Shown piece by piece: positions 54,738-64,000 of a stretch of 64,000 nucleotides of DNA. Below the pieces are notes generated by a model. The model had not been told where the DNA came from, searched no databases, and saw only the letters and a list, made by a program, of their open reading frames with translations. The DNA is from an uncultured cyanobacterium (lineage in GTDB: Bacteria; Cyanobacteriota; Cyanobacteriia; Cyanobacteriales; CAWUOF01): contig CAVUSO010000001.1 of NCBI GenBank assembly GCA_963744145.1, positions 448,001 to 512,000 on the forward strand, written 5' to 3'. How positions within the stretch are numbered: position 1 is the stretch's first letter; the number at the start of each line of letters is the position of its first letter. The translations under genes were made by a program, and so were the position numbers.

Positions 54738-56054
54738 ATGCTCAAACTATTCAAAATTGAAGGTATATCTATCTTTATTTTCGTCTGGTTAGGTCAACTA
54801 GTTTCCGTCTTAGGCTCGCACCTCAGCAGGTTTGCTCTTGCTATTGGGGTTTATCAGCAGACTGGTTCAGTTACTTACCTCTCCCTGCTGTTGCTATTTA
54901 GCACCCTCCCCTTCGTCCTCATTTCTCCATTGGCTGGTGTCTTAGTCAATCGCTGGAATCGTCGTTGGAGCATGATTCTCTGCGATGTTGGTGCCACTTT
55001 AAGTACCCTAGCGATGGCTTTACTATTTGTCAATGGACAAATACCTTCCCATATATATTTATTATATTTAGCAACGGCACTGAGTTCTAGTTTCAGCGTC
55101 GTTCAAGCCTCTGCTTATAGCGCTGCTACCACCTTGCTTGTGCCCACAGAACAATTAGGTCGAGCTAGTGGCATGATTCAATTCAATCAAGCTCTAGGAC
55201 AAATTCTTGCTCCCTTACTAGGTGCTGTACTCCTGGAAGTTATACAGATATCAGGAATCATTATTCTCGATTGTAGTAGTTTTCTATTTTCCTTAATTAC
55301 CTTACTCCTAGTTCGGTTTCCCCATCATCAAGTAAACGAAAGCCAGGAAAACCATCAGACCTCATTCTACCAAGAAGCACTTGACAGTTTCGATTATCTG
55401 AGAAATCGTTCTGGATTACTAGCTTTAGTATTTTTTTTTGCTAGTAGTAATTTCTTCATTGGCATAGTCGAAGCCCTGTCTTATCCTCTCATCCTCTCCT
55501 TCGCTTCTCCCACACAACTGGGCATGATCTTTTTCATTGGCGGTGTCGGAATGTTATTAGGTAGCCTCTTGATGATTACTTGGGGAACTGGAAGGCAAAA
55601 CTATATTAATTTATTATTCGGCTTTATGCTGGTCAGTGGATTTGCCATTATAGTGGCGGGGCTTTATCCTTCGATTTGGTTCTTTTCCATCGCTATTTTT
55701 TTATTTTTTCTGGGAATTGCCTTTATTAATGGTTCAGCTGAAGTAATTTTGCAAAAACAAGTTGCTCCCGAATTCCAGGGCAGAGTTTTCTCCTTTAATA
55801 ATGCGATCTGTGCCTCTTGTTTACCTCTAGCCTATCTGGTTGCTGGACCCCTAGCCAACCAAATATTTGAACCCTTAATGACAGTGGATGGTCTATTAGA
55901 AGAAACGATCGGACAGCTGATCGGTACTGGGCCTGGTCGAGGGATTGCTCTCATATTTATAATCTCGGGCATATTAAATATGCTAGTCACGGCGATCGCT
56001 TATCAATATGCTCCCTTAAGGTTAATAGAACGCGAGGTAAAATCAATAGGTTGA
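54738..56054 (+). CDS. MFS efflux transporter, probably NRPS-associated
   Basis: WLGQLVSVLGS, AGVLVNRWNRR and FQGRVFS motifs; about 12 hydrophobic segments. Confidence 0.9.
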   Translation: MLKLFKIEGISIFIFVWLGQLVSVLGSHLSRFALAIGVYQQTGSVTYLSLLLLFSTLPFVLISPLAGVLVNRWNRRWSMILCDVGATLSTLAMALLFVNGQIPSHIYLLYLATALSSSFSVVQASAYSAATTLLVPTEQLGRASGMIQFNQALGQILAPLLGAVLLEVIQISGIIILDCSSFLFSLITLLLVRFPHHQVNESQENHQTSFYQEALDSFDYLRNRSGLLALVFFFASSNFFIGIVEALSYPLILSFASPTQLGMIFFIGGVGMLLGSLLMITWGTGRQNYINLLFGFMLVSGFAIIVAGLYPSIWFFSIAIFLFFLGIAFINGSAEVILQKQVAPEFQGRVFSFNNAICASCLPLAYLVAGPLANQIFEPLMTVDGLLEETIGQLIGTGPGRGIALIFIISGILNMLVTAIAYQYAPLRLIEREVKSIG

Positions 56055-56152
56055 GATTGAGCTTGGGGGTTTAGCGGCGATCGCCATCACCGAATAGAGT
56101 AAAATTAGACACTTTCAACCTAGAGCAGTTTCCAGTAAACATCAATTTCCCT

Positions 56153-56768
56153 ATGACGCGATTTATTCACGACCAATTTGCTTGCGGATTATCTCGAAGA
56201 ATTATTAAGAACCTTGGGCCGAGTCCAAGCACCCCGTAGCGTTAGCACCGAAGTGAGGGAAATCGATGTTTGGTTTGAGCCAACATCAAGCAGCACCGGA
56301 AATCCCGAACTGTTAGGATTATTAGGCAGATTAGCAGCAACACCCTGTATTTTAGAACCATTTCGTAATCCAGTCACACCCCAAGAAATTTGTGATTGTC
56401 TCTGCAAAGAATTAGAAATTAGACGCAGATTCTACCGAGAAACGATTCGTAATGCTCAAGAACTAGCTGACTTACCCAGATTGTGGATACTCACACCCAC
56501 CGCATCGCCAGCAATATTGTCAGGATTTCGTGCTATAGTAGAATCAGAATGGTTACCGGGAGTTCATTTGATGGCACCGGAACTCGCCAACAGCAATTAT
56601 CGTGATTCACCAATTACCCCAAACCCCAGAAACATGTTAGGTTGAGGATTATGGGGAAAGGTAAAGTGCAACAACAGGCAAGTTCGGAAATAGCAGCACT
56701 GCCGCCAGTCCCATCCCTTCCGTACTAATGCTTTAACCATGCTCAATCGGTTAAGATCAGATTGCTAA
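56153..56768 (+). pseudogene. Frameshifted, truncated member of a repetitive cyanobacterial hypothetical family (MTRFIHDQFA..YLEELL)
   Basis: ATG 56153 MTRFIHDQFA shifts into DYLEELL...EIDVWF...LEPFRN...LPRLWILTPTAS; further shifts occur after ~56590. Confidence 0.7.
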
Positions 56769-56855
56769 TCTTTTGGAGTGATATCCATATTTTTCGCATA
56801 CTTCATTTCACTACGCTTTACTCCTTTATCCTACGATTTTTCGCGATCTGATGCT

Positions 56856-58526
56856 ATGACAAATCTTTCCTTGGAAGCCATTTCACCAATAGAACCACCT
56901 TCAAATAACTGGAAGCGGTACTTTAGCTTCAGCACTGACCATAAGGTAATTGGGATTCAATATTTAGTTACCTCCTTCTTCTTTTTTCTCGTCGGTGGGA
57001 TTTTAGCCATGATCATGCGGGGCGAACTAATCACCCCGGAAGCCGATCTAGTCGATCGCGCTCTTTACAATGCCATGTTCACCATGCACGGTACGATCAT
57101 GCTGTTCCTGTGGACTTTCCCCTCCCTAGTGGGACTATCCAATTATCTAGTACCCTTGATGATTGGGGCTAAGGATATGGCATTTCCCCGCTTAAATGCA
57201 GCCGCATTCTGGATGGTGCCTGTACTTGGGGTAATTATGATGGCTAGCTTTTTTGTACCGGGCGGACCATCTCAATCCGGTTGGTGGGCTTATCCTCCAG
57301 TTAGTCTCCAGAATCCCACAGGGAATTTGATCAACGGACAGGTACTATGGATTTTAGCTGTAGCCATTTCCGGTGTGTCCTCAATTATGGGTGCTGTCAA
57401 TTTTGTGACGACCATCTTCAAAATGCGGGCACCAGGAATGACATGGTTTCGGATGCCCGTATTTGTCTGGACTGTATTAGCAGCACAAATTATTCAGTTA
57501 TTTGGCTTACCTGCACTCACCGCAGGTGCTGTCATGTTATTACTTGATCTTACCTGTGGCACTAGCTTTTTCGATCCGGCTAAAGGTGGAGATCCAGTTT
57601 TATTTCAGCACTTCTTTTGGTTTTACTCCCATCCGGCAGTTTATGTGATTATTTTGCCAATTTTTGGAGTATTTTCCGAAGTCTTCCCAGTTTATGCTCG
57701 TAAACCTTTATTTGGCTATAAAGTAGTCGCGATTTCTTCACTGGTGATTACTAGCTTAAGTGGGATTGTCTGGGTGCATCACATGTTTGCTAGTGGAACA
57801 CCAGGCTGGATGCGGGTACTATTTATGGCAACAACCATGTTGATCTCAGTTCCCACAGGAATCAAAGTTTTTGCCTGGGTAGCAACCATTTGGGGTGGTA
57901 AATTACATCTGAATACACCCATGCTTTTTGCCCTCGGGGGGCTAGTGATGTTTGTATTTGCTGGGATTACAGGCATTATGTTGGCATCTGTACCCATCGA
58001 TATTCACGTCAATAACACCTATTTTGTTGTTGGTCACTTCCATTATGTGATTTATGGGGCAGTGGTAATGGGAATGTATGCAGCCCTATATCATTGGTTC
58101 CCGAAAATGACTGGCAGAATGTACTCGGAAGGATTAGGTAAACTACATTTCTTGCTCACCTTCATTGGTACAAATATCAGTTTTTTCCCCATGCACCCGT
58201 TAGGATTAGAAGGAATGCCTCGTCGGGTAGCTTCCTATGATCCTGAATTTGCCTTTTGGAATGTAGTTGCTAGTCTAGGATCATTCTTCTTAGGGATGTC
58301 TACTCTGCCATTTATTTTAAATATGATTGGTTCCTGGGTACAGGGCGAAAAAGCTCCCAAGAATCCTTGGCGGGCGATCGGACTAGAATGGTTACTATCT
58401 TCACCTCCTACTGTGGAAAATTTTGAAGAATTGCCAATTGTGATTGCTAAACCTTATGGTTATGGCAAATCAGAACCATTGGTTGCGAATCTGGATCAAC
58501 TGGAGGTAGTCCATGAATCCCACTAA
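56856..58526 (+). CDS. ctaD: Heme-copper oxidase subunit I (ARTO)
   Basis: STDHKVIGIQY, MHGTIM, WFYSHPAVY, VWVHHMF and GHFHYV motifs. Probable start ATG 56856. Confidence 0.96.
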   Translation: MTNLSLEAISPIEPPSNNWKRYFSFSTDHKVIGIQYLVTSFFFFLVGGILAMIMRGELITPEADLVDRALYNAMFTMHGTIMLFLWTFPSLVGLSNYLVPLMIGAKDMAFPRLNAAAFWMVPVLGVIMMASFFVPGGPSQSGWWAYPPVSLQNPTGNLINGQVLWILAVAISGVSSIMGAVNFVTTIFKMRAPGMTWFRMPVFVWTVLAAQIIQLFGLPALTAGAVMLLLDLTCGTSFFDPAKGGDPVLFQHFFWFYSHPAVYVIILPIFGVFSEVFPVYARKPLFGYKVVAISSLVITSLSGIVWVHHMFASGTPGWMRVLFMATTMLISVPTGIKVFAWVATIWGGKLHLNTPMLFALGGLVMFVFAGITGIMLASVPIDIHVNNTYFVVGHFHYVIYGAVVMGMYAALYHWFPKMTGRMYSEGLGKLHFLLTFIGTNISFFPMHPLGLEGMPRRVASYDPEFAFWNVVASLGSFFLGMSTLPFILNMIGSWVQGEKAPKNPWRAIGLEWLLSSPPTVENFEELPIVIAKPYGYGKSEPLVANLDQLEVVHESH

Positions 58527-59133
58527 TGTCAATGTTTCCCTTGATGCTGCACCTAGTCAGACCCATGAAACCACCACACATACTCATGATGCAGCGGGCA
58601 ATAGTATGTTCGGTTTCATTGTGTTTCTATTGTCTGAAAGCGTCATTTTCCTCAGCTTTTTTACTGGATACATTGTTTATAAAACAACTGTTCCAGACTG
58701 GTTACCTCCTGGTGTCACAGGATTAGAAGTCTCTGGACCGGCTGTAAATACAGTGGTGCTTGTTTCTAGTAGTTTTGTAATCTATGTGGCTGAACGCTAC
58801 CTCCATCGCCAAAATCTCTGGGGATTTCGAGCATTTTGGCTACTGACTATGGTAATGGGTAGCTATTTCCTCTATGGACAAGCAGTAGAATGGCGCAGTC
58901 TGGCTTTTGGGTTTACAGATGGGGTGTTTGGTGGTACATTCTATCTCCTGACTGGGTTTCATGGATTGCACGTTTTGACCGGGATTCTGTTGCAATTAAT
59001 TATGCTAGTGCGATCGCTAATTCCTGGTAACTACGATCGCGGTGAATTTGGTGTATTTGCCACCTCTTTATTCTGGCATTTTGTTGATGTCATTTGGATT
59101 ATTTTGTTTGTCCTGATCTATGTCTGGCAATAA
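58513..59133 (+). CDS. ctaE: Heme-copper oxidase subunit III (ARTO)
   Basis: FLLSESVIF, TGFHGLHV and FWHFVDVIW motifs. Confidence 0.95.
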   Translation: MNPTNVNVSLDAAPSQTHETTTHTHDAAGNSMFGFIVFLLSESVIFLSFFTGYIVYKTTVPDWLPPGVTGLEVSGPAVNTVVLVSSSFVIYVAERYLHRQNLWGFRAFWLLTMVMGSYFLYGQAVEWRSLAFGFTDGVFGGTFYLLTGFHGLHVLTGILLQLIMLVRSLIPGNYDRGEFGVFATSLFWHFVDVIWIILFVLIYVWQ

Positions 59134-59145
59134 TGAGGCAGTGAC

Positions 59146-60657
59146 ATGATTATTGATGATCAATCCTACGATCTGATTATTGTGGGGACAGGTGCAGGTG
59201 GTGGGACACTAGCTCGGAAAGTCGCTCCCACTGGTAAAAAAATCCTGATTTTGGAACGTGGAGATTTTATGTCTCCAGAAGAGCAACACCGCAGTAATGT
59301 CGATATCTTTAAGCGGGAACGCTATCATGCTCCGGAACAATGGTACGACAGCAACGGTGAACCATTTTCACCCCAAATGAATTATGCGATCGGTGGTAAT
59401 ACGAAAATTTATAACTCCGTTCTACTAAGATTCCGTGAACGTGATTTTGAAGCAGTTAAGCATCAATCAGGTACATCACCAAAATGGTGTCTGCAATATG
59501 CTGATTTTGAACCTTACTACACCGAAGCTGAACAACTTTATCAGGTTCATGGTCTAGTAAATGGTGAACCGACTGAACCTTTCCATAGTAGTGAATATCC
59601 CTTTGCTCCTCTAGCTCACGATCCCCAGATTGACGAAATTATCGGTGCGATCGCTGATCAAGGGTTACATCCCGCTCCTTTACCTGTAGGATTAGCTGAC
59701 TCACCAGATCATCCCCCTAATGATGCGGAGGTGATTGGTATAGCTCCAATTTTAAACCATCCCCAGATCACGATCAAAACAGGAGCAAAAGTAATTTGTT
59801 TACACACTAATCCATCTGGTCAAGTGGTTAAAGGTGTGGAAGCAGAAATTGCTGGACAATCCTACTTGTTTCTCGGTGATATTGTAGTGTTAGCTTGTGG
59901 AGCAGTTAATTCAGCCGCATTATTATTACGTTCTGTTAGTGATCGACATCCTCATGGTTTAGCCAATAGTTCTAATTTAGTCGGTCACAATTTGATGAAA
60001 AGTCTGATGACAGCAGTAGTGCAACTTAGCACGAAACCTAATTCTGGTACTTTTCCCAAAAGCATTTATGTAAACGATTTTTATTGGGGTGATGCTGATT
60101 TTGCTTACCCCATGGGACATATTCACAACGCTGGTGGGTTGTTAACGGATATAATCTTTGCTGAAGCTCCCCCGATGTTTTCCCTGTTTGCTAAATTTAT
60201 GCCCGGTTTTGGATTGAAACAGTTAGCAACCCATTCAATTGGGTGGTGGGCACAAACTGAAGATTTACCAGATCCTAATAATCGAGTCCGAGTGGAAGGT
60301 AATAAATTGTATGTTGATTACACTCCCAACAATATAGAAGCTCACGATCGCCTAGTTTATCGTTGGACAGAAATCCTCAAAGCGATCGAAAAAGAATTAG
60401 ATGGTTTTCAAAGTGGATTATTGCACCCTCGGGGTCAAATTCCCATTCAAGTTATGGCTAATCAATGTGGGACTTGTCGTTTTGGGGAAGATCCTGCGAC
60501 TTCAGTTTTAAATCCCGATTGTAGTACCCATGATGTGGATAATCTCTATGTCGTCGATAGTAGTTTCTTTCCCTCTAATCCCAGCATAAGTCCAGCCTTA
60601 ACAATTATAGCTAATGCGCTCCGAGTAGGTGATCATTTGATTAAACGATTGCAGTAA
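59146..60657 (+). CDS. GMC-family FAD oxidoreductase
   Basis: IIVGTGAGGG, GGNTK, CGTCRFG and NLYVVDSSFFPS motifs. Confidence 0.92.
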   Translation: MIIDDQSYDLIIVGTGAGGGTLARKVAPTGKKILILERGDFMSPEEQHRSNVDIFKRERYHAPEQWYDSNGEPFSPQMNYAIGGNTKIYNSVLLRFRERDFEAVKHQSGTSPKWCLQYADFEPYYTEAEQLYQVHGLVNGEPTEPFHSSEYPFAPLAHDPQIDEIIGAIADQGLHPAPLPVGLADSPDHPPNDAEVIGIAPILNHPQITIKTGAKVICLHTNPSGQVVKGVEAEIAGQSYLFLGDIVVLACGAVNSAALLLRSVSDRHPHGLANSSNLVGHNLMKSLMTAVVQLSTKPNSGTFPKSIYVNDFYWGDADFAYPMGHIHNAGGLLTDIIFAEAPPMFSLFAKFMPGFGLKQLATHSIGWWAQTEDLPDPNNRVRVEGNKLYVDYTPNNIEAHDRLVYRWTEILKAIEKELDGFQSGLLHPRGQIPIQVMANQCGTCRFGEDPATSVLNPDCSTHDVDNLYVVDSSFFPSNPSISPALTIIANALRVGDHLIKRLQ

Positions 60658-60698
60658 TTCATTAGAAATTGATGATCTTTGGATTGAATGTATAGCTA

Positions 60699-60866
60699 AT
60701 ACCAATTCTTGATCAAACTGCCTAGAATTGATCCCCCCAGCCCCCTTAAAAAGGGGGAGCCGGAATTAAAGTCCCCCTTAAAAAGGGGGAGCCGGAATTA
60801 AAGTCCCCCTTTTTAAGGGGGATTTAGGGGGATTTAAATTTGTGCAACTTCACATTAAATTGGTAT
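60699..60866. mobile_element. MITE-like element with ATACCAATT/AATTGGTAT ends and internal CCCCCTTAAAAAGGGGG hairpins
   Basis: Terminal inverted repeat; 32-bp direct duplication at 60741-60804. Confidence 0.7.
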
Positions 60867-60912
60867 GAGAAATCTCAGCTTTTTTTCAGAAGATGTTAAA
60901 AGGATACCAATT

Positions 60913-61656
60913 ATGACTATTCCAGAAATTTCCACACCACCAGAAACAAGTGGGCAATCACGGAGCGGGATTAGATATCACATCTTGGGTAATATTCAGC
61001 AAATCCTATCTGTAGAACTAAATCCCGGTCAGGTTATCTATTCTGATACTGGAGCCATGTCATGGATGACCAGTTCAATTAAGATGAATACCAAAGCCGG
61101 GGGTGGACTAGGTGGGATGATTAAAAGAATGGCATCAGGTGCTACAGCATTCATTCTTGATTTTGAAGCTGATAGACACTCTGGACAGGTATCATTTACC
61201 ACAGATTTTCCTGGTAAGATTCTGCCGATCGAACTGAATTCGGGTGAGTCAATTGTGATGCACAAACACGCATTTTTATGTGCAGAAAAAACAGTACAGT
61301 TAGATGTATTTTTCAGTCGGAAACTAGGAGCAGGTTTTTTTGCTGGAGAAGGATTCATTCTCCAAAAATTGACTGGACCAGGGATCTGCTTTGCCGAACT
61401 AGACGGTGACGCTGTAGAATATCATCTTCAAGCTAATCAAATGATGCGAGTAGAACCCGGTCATGTAGCGATGTTTGACAGCAATGTGACCTTTGATATT
61501 GAGATGATTAAGGGAATAACCAACATTTTTCTCGGTGGTGAAGGGCTATTCCTAGCTACATTGAAAGGACCAGGACGGATCTGGCTCCATTCGATCACTG
61601 AAAGTAAAATCGCCCAAAGACTGGCACCTTATCTGCCCGCTCAATCAAAGGGTTGA
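60913..61656 (+). CDS. AIM24/TIGR00266-family protein
   Basis: GAMSWM, AFLCAE, GEGFILQKLTG and GGEGLFLATLKGPGRIWL motifs. Start moved from 60865, which lies in the MITE end. Confidence 0.88.
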   Translation: MTIPEISTPPETSGQSRSGIRYHILGNIQQILSVELNPGQVIYSDTGAMSWMTSSIKMNTKAGGGLGGMIKRMASGATAFILDFEADRHSGQVSFTTDFPGKILPIELNSGESIVMHKHAFLCAEKTVQLDVFFSRKLGAGFFAGEGFILQKLTGPGICFAELDGDAVEYHLQANQMMRVEPGHVAMFDSNVTFDIEMIKGITNIFLGGEGLFLATLKGPGRIWLHSITESKIAQRLAPYLPAQSKG

Positions 61657-61824
61657 TTGATTTGAACAGCTAAAGTGCTAATAATACTCCAATCTTCTTG
61701 ATCGGAGCCAAAAACTGATGTTGGAATAGCAAGGATATTGAAGAAGCCTAGTGGAACGCGATCGCTTCAATCTCTGTCTATATTGACGGACATGAGTTTT
61801 AGCAAATCCCCACTCAACTAAACT

Positions 61825-62127
61825 ATGAAATTTTCTCCTGTATTAATCCTGGTAACTATTTTTGGATTGATTGCTGCTCTCCCTGGATCAGCTTTGGCTC
61901 AACAATCCCAACCATCTGGAAATCAAGGGACACCACTTTGTGGTAAGAATGCTCCTGGTGTGGAAAAACATCCTGAAATGTGCAAAGCGCTGGGAAGTTT
62001 GCGTCGTGCCAAAAAACAATTGGAAAATTCCGCTCATGATTACAATGGATTGAGAGTTAAAGCACTTCAGGAAACTCAACAAGCTATTGATGATGTGATT
62101 CAGGCCATTAAATCAGATCAACAATAA
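61825..62127 (+). CDS. Small secreted helical hypothetical protein
   Basis: Signal peptide ending ALA-QQ; HPEM..AL..L..AK..LE...HDY.G.RVKAL. Confidence 0.75.
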   Translation: MKFSPVLILVTIFGLIAALPGSALAQQSQPSGNQGTPLCGKNAPGVEKHPEMCKALGSLRRAKKQLENSAHDYNGLRVKALQETQQAIDDVIQAIKSDQQ

Positions 62128-62151
62128 TTGTAACTACATCATAGCACATGG

Positions 62152-62179
62152 GTAGGGGCGTATTGCTATACGCCCCTAC
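62152..62179. repeat. REP-like palindrome between convergent genes
   Basis: GTAGGGGCGTAT-TGCT-ATACGCCCCTAC. Confidence 0.75.
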
Positions 62180-64000
62180 TAATTATTGGTAGGCTGAATT
62201 TTCGCTCCCTTGGCTGAACTAGATCGATCACGATTTCCTTGGTAATATCCGTAGGGACTGCTAATTTGCTCTTTCACCCCATTAGCTACTACTCCTAAAA
62301 TATGGGAACCAGAAACTTGCAATTCATCTAATGCTTGTTTCAGTTCATCTCGGTTAGTTTTCTCAATCCCTACTACTAACAAAATTCCATCTGTATTCGC
62401 TGCAAGAATCGTACTATCGGCCAAATCTAATAAAGGCGGTGTATCATAAATAACTAAATCAAAAGCTGCTTGCCACTGTTTCATTAAATTTTGCATTTTC
62501 ATCGATGCTAACAATCGCGGTGGATCGGGCGGAATTGGTCCCCCAGTCAATACGAATAAGTTCTCTTCGATCGCCGATCGCTGGATAATTTCTTCAAAAT
62601 GGATATCGGTAGCGATCGCATTACTTAATCCTTGCTGATTTTTTAACCCCAAAGGAATATGAACTTGGGGCCATCTTAAATCTGCGTCCACCAGTAAGAC
62701 TCTTTGACCCATGGCTGCGGCGGCGATCGCTAAATTAATTGCTACAGTAGATTTACCATCTGTAGAAGTTGCTGATCCAATCACAATGGAACGGATGGGA
62801 TTTTCTGAGTAGAGTAAACGTAACTTAGTATTTAAGTAGCGAAATGATTCTTGAAACGGGGAAGCGATCGCTGCTCGGATCTGGGGATCTTTACATTTAG
62901 GGATTAATCCTAATAAAGGTAATCCAGTGGCATTTTTGATTTCTTTAGCTGTATAAAAGACATGATGCAACCGTTCAGCGATTAACCCCGCACCTACCCC
63001 GAGCAATATTCCCGTAATTCCTCCCCAGAGAAGATGTAAAAGTATATTGGGAGAAATCGGGATTAATCGACCTGATTGAGTGCGGGGAATATCTGGACCG
63101 GACATGATTTGCCAAGGTATTTCTTTAGTCTTAGCTGTGACAAATTGTAGCTCTTTGCGTTTTGCTAATAATTCATTATAGCTATTAGTAACTTCCTGTA
63201 ATTTAGTCATCATTTCATTATATTGACGCTGAATTACGGGAAATTGTTGTCCTTGTTGACTTAAATTACTTTCAACTTGAGCGATCGCTTGACTTCGCAC
63301 TTCGAGAACTTTAATTTTACTAGCAGTATCGACTAACTGTTGAGCAATTCCCACCCGAATTGAATCTTGTAACGTTAAAGTTTGCACCTGAGCAGCAGTA
63401 TTTGCTAGATCCTGACCGACAATTTTTTGAGCTTCTTTACTTAAAAGTGCCAGCACATTTTGTTGTTGTTCTCGGAGGGATTGAATTTGGGGGGTAGCTT
63501 CCGTAAATCTAGTTTTTTCGATCGCAATATTTATTTCGATTTGCTGAAGTCTATTTAACAATTGCTGATAGAGCGGATTTTGGCTCAATGCTGAAGCTGC
63601 GATCGCTTCATCTAAATTCAATCCTAACTGTTTCTCCAACATAGTATAGAGCGATCGCATTTGAGCTAGACTTGTTGTTGTATCAATCTCTTGCTGTTTT
63701 ACAGCGATTATTTGTTCTGCTAATTTTTGCCCTTGCAAAGTAGGATCAATAATGTTATACTGCTGCCTTAAGCGTTGAATTTTCTGTTGAATTTCTTTTC
63801 CTTGAGACTGCAACTTGGTCAATTGATTTTGAATGAAATTAAGCAAACTAAGATTTTGATTTTTAGTATTTTCCTGACTATATTTAATATAGTTTCCGGC
63901 AATTTTTTCAAGAATAAACTGAATTTTTTCTGGATTAGTATCTCGATAACGAACTTGAATAATTTTAGTTTTATTAATACGTTCTATGACTAAACCCTGA
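62179..64000 (-). CDS. Wzc/GumC-family polysaccharide co-polymerase with BY-kinase domain (5' end outside the window)
   Basis: Coiled coil, TM segment, SATSTDGKST, VDADLR, IYDTPP and Tyr-rich tail (PYGYY). The frame is open from 63846 to the window edge. Confidence 0.92.
   Translation of the reverse strand, partial: QGLVIERINKTKIIQVRYRDTNPEKIQFILEKIAGNYIKYSQENTKNQNLSLLNFIQNQLTKLQSQGKEIQQKIQRLRQQYNIIDPTLQGQKLAEQIIAVKQQEIDTTTSLAQMRSLYTMLEKQLGLNLDEAIAASALSQNPLYQQLLNRLQQIEINIAIEKTRFTEATPQIQSLREQQQNVLALLSKEAQKIVGQDLANTAAQVQTLTLQDSIRVGIAQQLVDTASKIKVLEVRSQAIAQVESNLSQQGQQFPVIQRQYNEMMTKLQEVTNSYNELLAKRKELQFVTAKTKEIPWQIMSGPDIPRTQSGRLIPISPNILLHLLWGGITGILLGVGAGLIAERLHHVFYTAKEIKNATGLPLLGLIPKCKDPQIRAAIASPFQESFRYLNTKLRLLYSENPIRSIVIGSATSTDGKSTVAINLAIAAAAMGQRVLLVDADLRWPQVHIPLGLKNQQGLSNAIATDIHFEEIIQRSAIEENLFVLTGGPIPPDPPRLLASMKMQNLMKQWQAAFDLVIYDTPPLLDLADSTILAANTDGILLVVGIEKTNRDELKQALDELQVSGSHILGVVANGVKEQISSPYGYYQGNRDRSSSAKGAKIQPTNN

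Noticed and set aside
56778-56855. N-terminal extension of ctaD from GTG 56778
   Set aside because: No oxidase-like sequence; ATG 56856 gives a normal subunit I start.

Overview
Cyanobacterial chromosome segment, identified by frequent HIP1 GCGATCGC octamers, psaC and cyanobacterial MITE/REP-like repeats. The core backbone is glmS-psaC, an HdrB-like protein, acpP-fabF-tkt, ABC transporter genes, a TPS/FHA exoprotein with two GT4 paralogues, rpiA, a Lon-N protein, a WD40 protein, cax, a GH57 protein, an ARTO-type terminal oxidase operon and a Wzc-like gene. Three accessory blocks interrupt it. (1) At 1-1620, decayed cargo (PIN toxin-antitoxin pair, HsdM tail) lies behind a Tn7-like end at the glmS attachment site. 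(2) At about 27.0-37.6 kb, an island carries a tightly coupled operon hsdM-hsdS-divergent second hsdM-ABC ATPase-HNH nuclease with no hsdR. This is the best candidate for an undescribed defence system. (3) At about 40.1-56.85 kb, a FAAL-started, TE-less NRPS (predicted acyl-Glu/Aad-Ala-Gly) plus an MFS exporter and IS debris sits exactly between ctaC and ctaD. Several isolated 1-2 nt frameshifts (two in fabF, two in the NRPS, probably one at the MTase/ATPase junction) look like sequencing errors. All family assignments come from motif recognition by eye, not database searches.
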